Source of the DNA: Pavona decussata | Lineage: Eukaryota | DNA: 64,000 nt | Assembly (NCBI GenBank): GCA_977016875.1 | Contig: CDRNST010000197.1 | Coordinates: forward strand, 496,001 to 560,000 | Direction: 5' to 3' | In this document: piece after piece, positions 1-12,741 of the stretch | Position numbering within the stretch: position 1 is the first letter of the stretch | Layout of the letters: the number at the start of each line of letters is the position of its first letter | Notes under the pieces: generated by a model | What the model saw: the letters and a program-made list of their open reading frames with translations, nothing else | What the model was told of the DNA's origin: nothing | The model's database searches: none | Made by a program: the position numbers and the translations under genes

Positions 1-2179
1 ATACTTATGCTGCTGAAGATTTCAGGGAATTGAATCGGCAATTACTCGCGTACAAAACAAAATTTTCGTCCTACGAAAAGAATTCATAAGATTCCTTTGT
101 CAGGAAAGTTCAAGGTGAAATTACACTGATGGAAATTTTAGTTTGTCGTCACAAATTATTTCGAATATACCTGAGGCAATTAAGAAAACAGATAATTCAC
201 CGTACGCAATAATGTATATTATGACAGAAGATAACGAAACAAGCGAAAATAATTTTTTGAGCGATTGCACAGTAAGTTAGTTCCTACTTAACAAAACTCT
301 GGTCTATGCGATGAACGGTGATGATCTGCTTTTGAAAATTAATTTTAATATTATGATGTCGGGGAAAATTTCATAAACGGGAATTTTATTAAGTTTCACA
401 TTTGAAAAAAAAAAGGTTCACATTTGAACAAATTTTTTCAAGTATTTGTGATGTAGTTCACATTTCTCGTCTAAATTATAATATTAGCTCCTCTTGAAAG
501 GTGTATGCGTTTTAGACTGGTATGAGATTTGCAAACATTGCTGCAAATAACAAATGTTTGACACTGCTGTTATTTACTTTCCTGAGGTCTCCCCAATTAC
601 CACATCGAAACTCCGAAGAGAAATCTCCGTATATTTCTCAGTCATATCCGCACAAAATAAGTTAATGCAATATTAAATCAAATCTAATTTGCCTTTCTTC
701 GTGTCCAACCACATTGTTAAAAGAAACTGGATTTTGCCAGTTCCTTGCAGTTCCACTTTTGTCTCCGTCCTTCACTCGAAAACAGCCAAGAATGCTTTTT
801 TGATGGTACAGAATTTACAAGGAACGTATAATCTGAAGATTCGTTTTGAATTATTCATCTATTAATTTGATGAATTTTCCTTCTTTTATTGTTTTTGCTC
901 TGTTGCAACCGACCGACCCACTTATGCGAGGGAGAGGGCGGTGGGAAACAATACGTTTTATGGGGGTGGCCTCAGTCTGGACAATAGCCGAAACGTGAAG
1001 TGTTTTTTAATGAAAGTAAACGTGGGCGAGTAGTTATAACAACATTTAACAACATAATAAATAGCCCATGATTTTTCAACTGAATGTTTAGACTTTTTGT
1101 GTCATCCACGGGAAAAAATTCGGTACAGTAAGGCGTACTTGTGCAACATTAAATTACGAATGACGAAATGGTAATACAATCCTCCGAAAACCTGGCAACC
1201 CACAACGTCACGTACGACACTTTGAAGGACTGTAGCCAGAAAATGACAACCCGACCAAATGACTCTTCTTTCTTTAGATATTTTATTAAGCAAGTACCTT
1301 GCACAGGCAAAGGATTGAATTGCTTTCTTTACAAATGCTTTAGAATGTAAACAAAGGCATCACGACAACCTATCAATAATAAAATTAGACAAAATATTTC
1401 CAGTATGATGTATCGTAGCTAACTGCACCATAATATTTGCAAGTTTATAAAGGTCTTCTGGAAACGACTGGTTCATGCAAGACTGCAAATCGCCTTATTG
1501 CTTGGAACAGGGCTTAGACTATTTACGTTGATATCTGGGCTTTGTAACAGGTTGTTAAGTTAAGGTAATAGAGTCAAACAACTGGGAACACAGTTCCTAA
1601 CACCAATGGGTTGCGACTGAGAACTTCGATTGAAGCTTGACTCAAGAAGGGCCGGATTTGGTTCAACCGAATTTGCTGCTAAGCTAGGTACAAGCACGTT
1701 CTGTGGGTATGTCATCGTGCAGATACTAAAACTGGAATTATGGCTAAATTACCAAGAAAAAACACATTTTAGACAAAATAAGAAATGTATACAATGGCGT
1801 CATCCGTAAGTGTCTGAACAGGAAAAGTGGTCAATGTTTGAGGATGGCAAAGCCGCAAGTACCACGCATGCGTGCTCTAGTAACCTGTAGCCACTAGAAC
1901 GGCGCTAAGACCAAGATGGTGGCTCACTAGAGATTCAAAATGTGTTTGGCAGCGGGCTCAATGGAACGGTATCTCTATTATACAGCGGTCGTTGGACGGT
2001 GATACTTTGTAACGAAGTTGGCCGTTAAGAAAAAATTGACTTAAAACCACTCACAAATTTACTGGTGGCTAATGCATCAACCGCATGGTTGCTAGGCATA
2101 TAAAAAAAACCTACTTTTGAGGGATTCTTGTTACAAACTGCTAACAACCTACTTGTCAGTTTACTAGGTCGAATTTGTC

Positions 2180-2181
<2 letters not shown>

Positions 2182-2235
<54 letters not shown>
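2182..2235. repeat. (TTA)n microsatellite
   Basis: About 18 perfect units. Confidence 0.95.
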
Positions 2236-2236
<1 letters not shown>

Positions 2237-3665
2237 AAAATTGGGAGTGTGATTAAAACAAATACCAACTTACAGTACAAGAACATTCAACAAGATGAAA
2301 ACGTTTACACGGTATAGTTTTAAGCACAATCGATTAAAAGGCGACCTCAAAATGGTCCATCCCGATCATGTAAACGGTACTCTCTTTTGTTATCAAGGTC
2401 GATTTAATCGGGCCTTAAATTAGCACCTATGAAAAAGGTTGTACAACGGCATATTGTCCCTCTTTGAGTACATTGTAATAATGAGTTGCGTAATTTGTAC
2501 CTTGCTTTTTTGAAAGAACTGATCGGGTGTTACATAATCTAATTCATCAAAATGAAATGATGTGTTGTGGCAACAAAAAACCCCGAGTTATTTAAGAAAC
2601 CAGGAATGATGAAAGTTCAAAAGTTCGTAGAAACTTGAGTTGACAGTCCAAGCCTTATTCTCGCTACACCAAACCACACAGCAGTTGATACTTTCAAATG
2701 AAGCTTTTTCTCACGATACTTCGAGCACTACATGAAGTTATGCAGGAATTTTCATCATCATTTTTCGAAACGGTTAACTTATCTTGCTGAACAAACAAGG
2801 GTTATCTGTCGAAATGCGGTATTGTAAAACTTTCCGGGAACGCCAATGAAAACAATTTGTACGAACAAAGACTACGGTTCTGCGGCATTCTTTAGCGTGG
2901 ACAAAAGCATTATTCAATTATGATCTGGATTCTGGGACCTTCATTATTCGACCAATATCACAGCCGAAATCAATGCCAATTTTCACATCAACCCGGCTTA
3001 GCTCAGTTAATGATTGTTTATTTATAATCGGCGCTGCGAATTGGCATGCAGAATAGAGTATCCTGCATTTCAAATCCCTTTTATATTTGACTCTACGGAA
3101 TTAACGAATGTGTGCGAAAAGATTAGCCCCTATAGACACCATTGAAAACACAGTTTTCACTTTGCATTAAAGTAGGCAAATGCAGATATGAAACACGTTA
3201 AACAACTGCGGACGGAATAGCAAGATTTGTGTGATCTAGAACTGGACAAAATAGGATATGAACTCCTTTAGACGTTTGACGTCTCAAGCCGAAGGTTACA
3301 CCTTCTGATAACGCTGCCCCGTCATCGATCGACGATAATAACGGTGGTTTTAGCACATTTACACGCCTTCTTTTATTAGAGTGAAGCGAGCCTTCACAAA
3401 TTCGTTTCATTCCTTGCTAATTACCACACAATTTCTAAGTAAATGGCTTAAGGAGAATAAGGCTTGGACACACTTGAGGCAAGACTACACTATTTTTTAT
3501 CACAGTGAATAACTTTTACAGAGTCAAATTTTTTGATATTCAACTAATTAGCTTGATACATGGAGCAGTTGGCTAACCACGCATGACGTTTACCCCGGCA
3601 AACGTTTGACGTGTGCATTCTTTTGCAGACGGATTTGGCACAACTCTGGAACTAGCTGAATTAGG

Positions 3666-6600
3666 ATGGAACTCCACCTGGGAACACTTTATTTACGACT
3701 ACTTGTCATCGTACAGGCTCTGGACGGTGCTTTCGCTCAAGGTAAACAACGTAATTCATTGTCCCTTTCTTTTTCTTTGTACAGAGAATAGAACACAATG
3801 TTATAGTCTCCCTCTGTTTATGCTCTTTGTGTTTACGTTTCTTTTCCTCCCATAATCCGGTATAAACCTCCAGCTTCTGTGAGCTCTGAATAATCCATAA
3901 CGGACGAGTGGTATTTCGGTTAACTTCATGCAGTTTTAATGGAAAAAGGACCTCGCAATTTCAATCGTCTTCTTGGTAGAAGGAGAAATTTTGCAGACGT
4001 TCGCTATTACACAAGTAAATTATCTGAACTCGAACTAGAATTTGTTCAAGGAATTTGTTTGCTATGTTGTCCTGGGAGTACCTTGGTAAAATTACGATTT
4101 ATGTTGTTTGAACAATTGCCAAGTCGGTTTATTTGGCCCAAGACGAATATGGCTTTGAAGCTCATGACTTGAAAGTTCTCTATGTTCATGCATTTTTTGT
4201 GGCTACGCTGTCAACGCGTTCTTGCACACAGACAAGTTAATAGTCATTATTCATGCCAAATATTTGTAGTTACCTTCTCGGCTTAATTGCGAGCCAAAAA
4301 TCTCTTTAATTTACTTCAGTTTTTGTTTTCAAATATTCAGACTATAATCTCTGAATTCTAGTTTTATCTTCGTCTAAGTCTTACATACAATCGACCCACT
4401 AAATGACCCTTCCACGAACCTTAATGAATTCTTTCCAAAGGAGAGACGAAATGAAATCACTCATCATTCATCATGAAATCATTCATTCATGTTTTGCGGA
4501 AGTCATTCCTACACAATCTCAGCCTCGTGCATTTCATGGCCCTTCCAGCAAAAGCTACATGTTCAAATTACTTTTCGAATCCTATAGATCACCAATCAGC
4601 ACTGTCTATTTGTGTTTCAGTTATATGAACTAAGTAGAAAAAAAATTTAAAGTATTCACTGCATTTGGAGGGGCAGAGAAGCAATTTGTTTTATCCTTCC
4701 TACATAGACAAAACAATAGAATTTGGAATTTTAAGTCCGCATTTTAATGGTGGAGGAATTCAACAGAAGCACTCAATGATACCTCAACCGCTTAATTAAA
4801 TTTTGATTTACTTATTAACTGTTAAATTACATAATGTCACTGTTTATATACACATCTGTTCCATTTGTTTATGGGGCTCGCGTGTATTGCCACTGCTTGA
4901 AAACAAAGTCACCTCACCAATGTGGCCAAAGTATCGCGTTAGTCTTAAGACAAGAGAGTAGCAAAAACACGATGTCATGGCATGATGCATTATTAACGAA
5001 ATTAAATAATTAGCACTGGTAACAACTACCACAGTTGCCACGACCTAAATAATTAACTGATAACTGAACGTTGCGCTCACCGTTCAACTCTTTTAATCAA
5101 AATCATGTTAAGTTATTTCAAAGATTGTACATGTAGGTTCAACTTTTGTGATATTAAAAATTGTATTCGTGACCACAAGACTAAACAACACCCACTGTGT
5201 GCATTAAGCAACAACCCCGACAGGTGAGATAAATAGAACGACACGTTATCATTAACCGTCAAGCCGCAAAAGTCGGCGTGTTTGAATAATTGTATGGCTT
5301 AATGCAAGACTACGGTCCACAAATCTCATATTGACCTTTCCATTACTTATCACCCAGGAAGCCACAAGAAGGACTTTGAGCACCAGCTGATGAAAGACCT
5401 CTTTGACGGGTATAATAAGGACTCTCGGCCTGTGTTTAACAAGAGCAGAGCAGTCGATGTTCAGTTAGATATAGCCTACAGCCAGCTGGTCGATTTGGTA
5501 GGTCTTTTGTCAGAGATTTTAATAAAACAAAAAACTTTATAATACTGTGATACCATTAACAAAGTAGGCATTTTACCAGTTGGACAGTCAGTATGTTCAA
5601 CCCAGATTTTCTTATTGTTACGGGCTAATAGGCCGAGTTGTTAGAAAAAATTACATTCTTTGCCCCCAGCTGGCGTTTTTGAGGGGTTTCAAAAGAGGCT
5701 GACAAGGCTGATATCAAAATTCATCATGATGGCAGCGATAAAATGCTCAAACAAAACAGAATGGTTGAACGCTTAAATAAACAATGACAATATCTTAGTC
5801 TTGTTATCAGAGTTGAAAATTCTACGCATAGTGTTTTATTGTATAAGAATGGCAAACAATAACTGAAGGAAACTATAGTCAAGTTATCAACATGCGAAAA
5901 CACGAAAACGCAATCTGTTTAGTTGAATTTATGTGCAAGAAACAGTTTCATACAAACAACAGTGAAAGTGAACGAGGTTTCCTATATTTTCTATGATTGG
6001 TGGGCGTCATCTTTTCGAAGACCGTGCAGGGCGGAGCCCATGGCACAGCAATCTTACAACAGTTATAAGATAAATGCTTGTTGTTCCGTAGCAACTCTAG
6101 CTGGCACTGAAATGTTTGACAACTGATCCAATTTTTTATTACATCCAACCGAGATTTTTCGTTTAAACCCAAACAAAGTCAACATAAAGAAAACTAGCCT
6201 GGTAGTATTGAACGACTTGAGCTCGGCCACATTACTTTTAGAGTTTAGGCACGCGCATCTTTACCATGACTATAACACCAGAAGCCGTGATTTGTTGCGC
6301 CCTCCCTTCGCAAAAACTGCTAAATATCAGGGAAGCTTCAGAATAAACGGTGCTCGAACTTATAACACCATCCCGAGAACCATTAGACAGGTAGTGGCGT
6401 TCAGTAAATTTAAAACCAAACTAAAGTGCCATCTTAAGCAGTAACGCCCGCGGTACATGCTGCATTTACAACTTAATTATTTGTCTAGTTTTTTATTTGC
6501 TTTTTTTTTTGTTTCAATGTTTTGTGTTTTGTGTTTTGTCTTGTGCTGTGTCAGGGCTCCATTTAAACTAGCTCTGCTAAATTGGATGCCCCTGGATAAA

Positions 6601-9600
6601 TATTGAATTAAATTAAATAAATAAAAAAGAAAGAAAGAAAGAAAGAAAATACCTCAATTGATTTTGTTAAATATTAACTCAAGGGGACGATTCAATTCTA
6701 GATACTCTGATGGCGTTGAAAACTAGCAGAATAGCACTCTTAGCTGTTTACAATCGACCATCAACCGAGTCGCACTTAGAATACCCTTCACAACCTCGTA
6801 TATTAAAGATCCCTGCTATAGCACAATGAACAGTTTCCCAGTAACGTGCTTTTCAGTAGCTTTCACTTGAATGGTCAAACTTTAGGATTTCATCCAGGCT
6901 CACAAGTTCAGTAGAATCAATTTGTACCGCATAATAAACAGTAGCACAAGATAGTACTGCTCAGTAGGTTTTATTTAAATGATAGCACTTTAGGATTTTA
7001 TCAATAGACTCAAAAGTTATTTCCACCCGACAGCATAAACAGCATTACAGGAAATTACTGCTCCATAGATTTCACCTGAATGATGGTCACAGTAAGAGAT
7101 TTCATAACAGAGTCGAAAGTTAGAACCACTTGTGAACCATTATAATTAAACAGCACCACAGGACAGGAAAGCTCAGTAGCTTCCTGATTTGAAAGATTAC
7201 ACTTTAGGATTGCATCCACTGACTCAAAAGTCTGAAAAATTAGCGGTCCCCTTGTATACAACACAACAGGAAAGCACTGCTCAGTAGTTTTCATTCTAAT
7301 GATCACACTCAAGTATTTCATCCAGACTCAAAAGTTATAATCACCTTAAAAAGCACAGTAAACAGCACAACACGAAACAGAAAGCAAGGCGTGCAATTGA
7401 GTGGCTACATTTTGATATTTCGTCGCCAGGCTCAAAAAGCGCGGGAAAATGCACACCAGCAAGTCTCGGTTGATTTTACTTCTAATCTGGGTGGAGCGAG
7501 GTTTCTTTTTTAAGCAATCAGTGAGTCAGTCGAATCTAATCCTGAGAAGTCTTAATTCTGTTTTCATAAACGGGCCCTACGAAGAGCCTCTAAAACCACA
7601 AATGAGTACGATTACAAAGCTCATTTGAAATTTCCACACTTTGTCTCAGCGGATGAGTGAACAAAGAGGACAGTTTGAAACAAACTGTTTTGTAAATTTA
7701 TTTACAGGACGGCAAGAATCAAATTTTGTCAAGCAAGATTTGGATACGACAGGTAAGACGCCTAAACCCTTCTAGATCCTTTTAATTTAGTGCTATAAGC
7801 ACACAACTACTGTCTACAGCAGAAGGTCGCAGGTACCAATATATAATCCTGGACGGATCGAAACAAAGATAGCCGGTAACGAAGGCGACGACTTTGTTGT
7901 CACAAACGCAAATGATTAGTAAGATCTTATTTGACTCGGTTAACCACGTAGAAAATGGTCTGTCTTCAAAGTGGTAGAAAAATATCCAACAAGGACGGAA
8001 GGAACCTTCGTCCTCGGCTGCGACCAGCCCCAGTGCCGCGTATTAGTTAGCTCACTGTTTTAGAGGTGGGAGGTGGGGGGATGGACGAGATGAGAACAAC
8101 AGTGATCCAATAGCATCTGGAAGAGGCGTCTTCACAGGCTAACGTTCGATCTCATTTTGAGACTTCTACGAAACGCAGCCCACGACTTATGTCATACATT
8201 CACCGCAAAAAGCATCTTTATCATGTATTCATCATTCTTTTCATAATTCCAGGTGTGGAGTAACCCTTTCCTGTCGTGGAAACCGGAAAACTACAACGGT
8301 ATTAAAGTAATAAACGTGGAACCAACCTTGGTTTGGAAGCCAGATCTTGTACTTTACAACAAGTAAGTCTGAAAAGCCTGATACTCAGGTTGCGTAAATT
8401 TTGAATGAAACTGTGCTTAAATTTTTGTTCAGGTGACATTTTTCGGGAGGCGGAGTAGTGGGGCTTGCTATTCGGGAGAATTTTGCGTTTCAAACATGGT
8501 TGAGCTTGACAACAACATCAGCAGCTTGCAACACAATACTAACAGCTCAACAACCTCTAACAGTCCGTGCGCTTATATTGATGGGGAGGGGGGGGGGGAG
8601 AGGGGGCAGTTATTATCCGAAGGATTTAGCATCTGAAATTTAGCATGGTATGGTATGGTATGGTAACTTTACTTAGACACGGTAAATCCTTCAGCAAATA
8701 TTATAAAGAGATAAAAGTTAAAGGATAGCCAAAATCATACCTAACTAAACTAACTAACCTAAACTACTGATAACCACATACTAAAAGCTGCTTTACAAGG
8801 GTGCGGTGTTAAAACTCATTCAAAACTGTGGTGACGTAGATTAAATTTAAAATCATGTAAAGATGTTGCTGCACGAAGGTCACTAGATAGGCTGTTCCAC
8901 AACCCGGCTCCACTATAAGAGAAACTCTTCTTTAAATCTTCTTTAAATAATTGGTGCAGGGCTGCGGAAGAGCCAATTTAAAAAGCATCTTAAAGCATTC
9001 AGCGGCTGTGGGATTTGGGGGGGGGGGGGGGGATGACGGGAGCAAAACCAGTAAACTGTTGATATTGCTGAAGCACTAGTGGTGTACTGTAAGTGGAGTT
9101 CTGTAGTTTTCTCATTTGCACGTTATCCGAACCTGATGCCGAGAAAGTGATTGTTTTGGCTTTTGGCTGAATGAGCAAGAGTCTTGCAGGGTTCGTCGGA
9201 GTGTACCAGTGGGGTGGGTTTTGATCGTGAAAATTTGTCAAACGTGTTATTGGATGTGGTGCCAGCATGCCTGGCAGTTGCTGAATATTAAATACAGCTT
9301 TCTAGCCAGATCTGTTAATTTTACTTTCTTTTTTTTTCTTTCCTTAGTATTGGAATTGGCCAAACCGGAGCCTTATACAACTACGATACAAAAGTCGTCA
9401 TACAATCCGATGGAACAAACTCTTGGTATGCGCCAACTGAGATCAAAAGCATCTGCAAAATCGACATCACCTTCTTTCCATTCGATGAACAAAAATGCCC
9501 GCTCATCTTCGGCTCCTGGACTTACACGGGGGTTCATTTGAATCTCACCAACAAATCTGACACCGCGGATCTGAAAAAGTACACGATCAGTGGTGAATGG

Positions 9601-10458
9601 GAGTTAGAGGCAGTACCAGCCACGCGAAATGTTGTCAAATACAGCTGCTGCCCAGACCCTTACATTGACGTTACGTATACGATCATTGTTCGGCGTAAAG
9701 TTTTGTTCTACTTGACAAACCTCATTTTGCCGTGCGTTGTACTAGCTTTCCTAACGGTTTTCTCCTTCTACCTGCCACCGGAGTCGGGTGAGAGAATATC
9801 TCTGGTCATAACAATCCTCCTTGGTTTGACAGTGTTCATGTTAGTGTTCACCGAAAATGTACCGCGCACCTCGGAAGTCATTCCGCTGATTGTGAAGTAC
9901 GCTTTCACCGTCATGTGCGAGGTTTCGTTCTCGCTGCTGATCACGTGTTTCGTGGTGAGAGTTTACCACAAGAGTCCGGCCAAACCTATGCCAGTGTGGT
10001 ACCGTTACATCACATACAGGATTCTCGCACCAATCCTCATGATGAAGTCATGTTCGGGCGGCCAACAGGATCACCCCCTCCGCAAGCATCACCTTGAGCG
10101 TACAAAGAATAACCATCGACGCAGTAACGTGCTCATGACTAAGTTATTCGGCGGCTACAGTAAAGATACCAACTGCTGCAAAATAGAACTAGAGAGCAAG
10201 GGTGGAGATGAACTCGACGAAGTCAGTTCAGGAATTTCCAGACACTCTGACACTCTCAAGTGCCCTTCTTTTGACAGACTGGATGAAATCGCACGCAGTA
10301 TGCACGCCATCATTGATCACATAAATGACGTGAAAGCAAACGAGCACAACAAAAATGACTGGCATTTTGCGGCGCAAGTCCTAGACACGTTTTTCTTCTG
10401 GGTCTTAGCAGTCGCATTTGCAGTATCAACGTCCATATTTTACTTTTCCATTCCGTGA
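3666..10458 (+). CDS. Nicotinic acetylcholine receptor alpha-type subunit, paralog 1 (~493 aa). Coding exons 3666-3741, 5358-5497, 7708-7752, 8253-8362, 9348-10458
   Basis: All introns are GT-AG and the exons join in frame (1482 nt). Signal peptide MELHLGTLYLRLLVIVQALDGAFAQ; loop A WKPDLVLYN; Cys-loop CKIDITFFPFDEQKC; loop B GSWTY; loop C with vicinal cysteines YSCCPDPY; PPESGER-M2 ([20 protein letters not shown]); M4 at the C-terminus. The 140/45/110-nt exons match the classical nAChR layout. Confidence 0.95.
6208..6650 (+). mobile_element. 5'-truncated LINE (CR1/L2 group) 3' end
   Basis: Post-RT C-terminal motif HDYNTR...SFRINGARTYNTIP..IRQ...FSKFKTKLK*, followed by a T-rich UTR and an A-rich tail. 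Confidence 0.75.
6810..7400. repeat. Degenerate minisatellite, ~105-110-bp unit, about 5-6 copies
   Basis: Recurrent CTCAGTAGCTTTCA(T)TTGAATGGTCACACTTTAGGATTTCATCCAGACTCAAAAGTT at about 6852, 6960, 7061, 7172 and 7280. Confidence 0.8.
8644..8935 (-). mobile_element. 5'-truncated LINE (CR1/L2 group) 3' end
   Basis: The minus strand reads LKKSFSYSGAGLWNSLSSDLRAATSLHDFK, then a UTR and a (TACCA)n tail at 8644-8665. Confidence 0.75.
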
Positions 10459-10579
10459 TTCGAGCGGTCGACGGTTAGTTGGTGCTTGTAAACCGGGTAA
10501 ACTGGTTCGTTGCTGCTGCTGTTGTTCTTGTTGTCTTATGAGACTAACGTAAGCTGCTCAGCTTTGATTTCAGCAAATA

Positions 10580-10748
10580 NNNNNNNNNNNNNNNNNNNNN
10601 NNNNNNNNNNNNNNNNNNNNNNNNNNNNNNNNNNNNNNNNNNNNNNNNNNNNNNNNNNNNNNNNNNNNNNNNNNNNNNNNNNNNNNNNNNNNNNNNNNNN
10701 NNNNNNNNNNNNNNNNNNNNNNNNNNNNNNNNNNNNNNNNNNNNNNNN
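10580..10748. other. Assembly gap (N run)
   Basis: 169 N. Confidence 1.
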
Positions 10749-12741
10749 TTGCGGCCACTAGATGGGCATATCCAAGCCTCTAAATTTGCGCTAGACAAAA
10801 TAAACCCTCTGGGCAAGTTATTTAAACAGAGTCTTACTTAGACCGCGGCTTAAGACAATCAGTGGGCCTCAAAATCTGTTTATAAGTGGTTTATTTTAAG
10901 TAGATAAATAGTTTTCTAGTCTGGGATGCAAGCCTTCCTGTTACTGTCAGCAGCAGAGAATGTTTAGACATGACTGTTGGCAAAATTTAAAATTGCTTAG
11001 AACGTAGTTTTGTTAAACACCGTCTACATGTCTTCCAATAACCAACCCTTTGGGACTAAATACCAGATTTTTCGCTGCTCGAGAGCGGTTAAGAGACATT
11101 TATAAGAGAAGAAAGGACTTGCAAAACTTGAAGTCTAAAATTTCAGCTGTCACTACGCACTCAGCATTACCAAACTGATCCGGAACCTTTCCATGGGGGA
11201 GGGGTAAATCGCCACGAATCTCTAGGGGATTCAAAGGTTCGGAGGGCATAATTTTCACAGGGATAATGCAGTACTTTAAACCTGTCAAACTGGGCAAGCA
11301 GTGGTTGTATCTGTCCCAAATTCCTTCTGTATCTGCTCCTTAGCTTTCTTCCAGGCGCGAGAGGGGTATTGTAGAGACCCCCAATCCGAGGGTATCAGAG
11401 AGCATAATCACCCAAAAATGTTCAAGTGAAGATTGCAAAATTTGACTTTTTGTTCGAAGTGAATTTTCATTTTCATCTTCTCGTGGTGGGGAGGGTGTGG
11501 TGCAAACCCCTCAACTCTACCCCTAGATCCACTGCTGGGTATTTGAGGTCCTAGCGGTCAGAGAGGAAAGCTAAGAGCTTGGTAATGGCCAACATTGCAA
11601 GCTATGACGCATAGTACTTGGCGGGAAAATGATCAAAACGTAAACTTTCACGTTGCCATTATCGGGTTTTGAGGCGTTCTAGAGGGAGTTGTTCTTTTCT
11701 CTTTGTATTTACAATTACTCAATTTATGAAGAGCTAGAAATAACGATGAGTTTAACCGGAACTAGCCGGCGAAAATTCCAGAAAAAGTCCCACACAACAG
11801 AGAAAGTTGTCCTTAAACCACTTTGCCCTGATGCAAAGGACCACCGAAAAATGAATGAGTTATAAAAAATTAAATTTAATTTATATAAAAGGTTGTGCAT
11901 TTTGCATCGCTTTTAACGGTTTCGAAGACTGGCAAAAGGCCAGAAGTTCATAAAAGTCCTATTTGTCCTTTTCTCGTCATATGCAACATAAGCAACAACT
12001 TGAGAGTAAAACTTAGAGAGTAAAACGCAGGAAATTAAGTTTCATTAGACTTCAGAAAGGTCACCAATTTTATAACAATATCGAGGATCTTATATGTGTT
12101 TGGTAATAAAGTGTGCCTCTAGATATTTCTAAAGAAATCGCTAGCAGCTAGCAGTAGCTTTACTTATTCAAAAAAGAACTTATTATAGCATCTAATTTAA
12201 AAAAAAAAAAACGTTTGCCACCTTATACAGCCTCTGGAGCAAAATCGATTATTTTCAGTTTGTAAGGTCTCAACAAGGTTGAGACGTTAATTTTAATAAA
12301 AAGTCATGTAATGATAGCTGTAATGATCTCTTCATTTGTGGTGACTCAATTTTTTTAGTCCATGTCTGGCTGCGGATGACTACTTGTAGGGATGATAATC
12401 GGTTGCAACTTGAAAAAATTGGCCACTTTATTCACGTTCTTCCTGTGTATTTTGGAAAAATCGCTAAAAAAAAAAAATGATTTAAATTTGTTCTTCCTCG
12501 GAGAAATCACTTCTTATACTTTCTTCCCGGTGCTGTAAGGGCACTTTCACTAGGTCAGAGAAAAGGTTCTCAGTCAATCCTTTTAGACGTTTTGACGAAA
12601 ATGGGGCCAAAAATCTCCGTTACAGTACCCCTGATAGTAATATTCTTCCGAATCAAAAGTAATCTCGCAAAGAAGCCATCACCAGGCAAATAAATGGTCG
12701 ATTAAAATTCAGTCTGCAATTATGATTTCTTTATATTGCAA

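Noticed and set aside
6810-7400. Regularly spaced repeats superficially like a CRISPR array
   Set aside because: Whole units are homologous with no unique spacers, the context is a eukaryotic intron, and there are no cas genes.
10510-10816. ORFs spanning N runs (also 47649-48020)
   Set aside because: Artefacts of assembly gaps.
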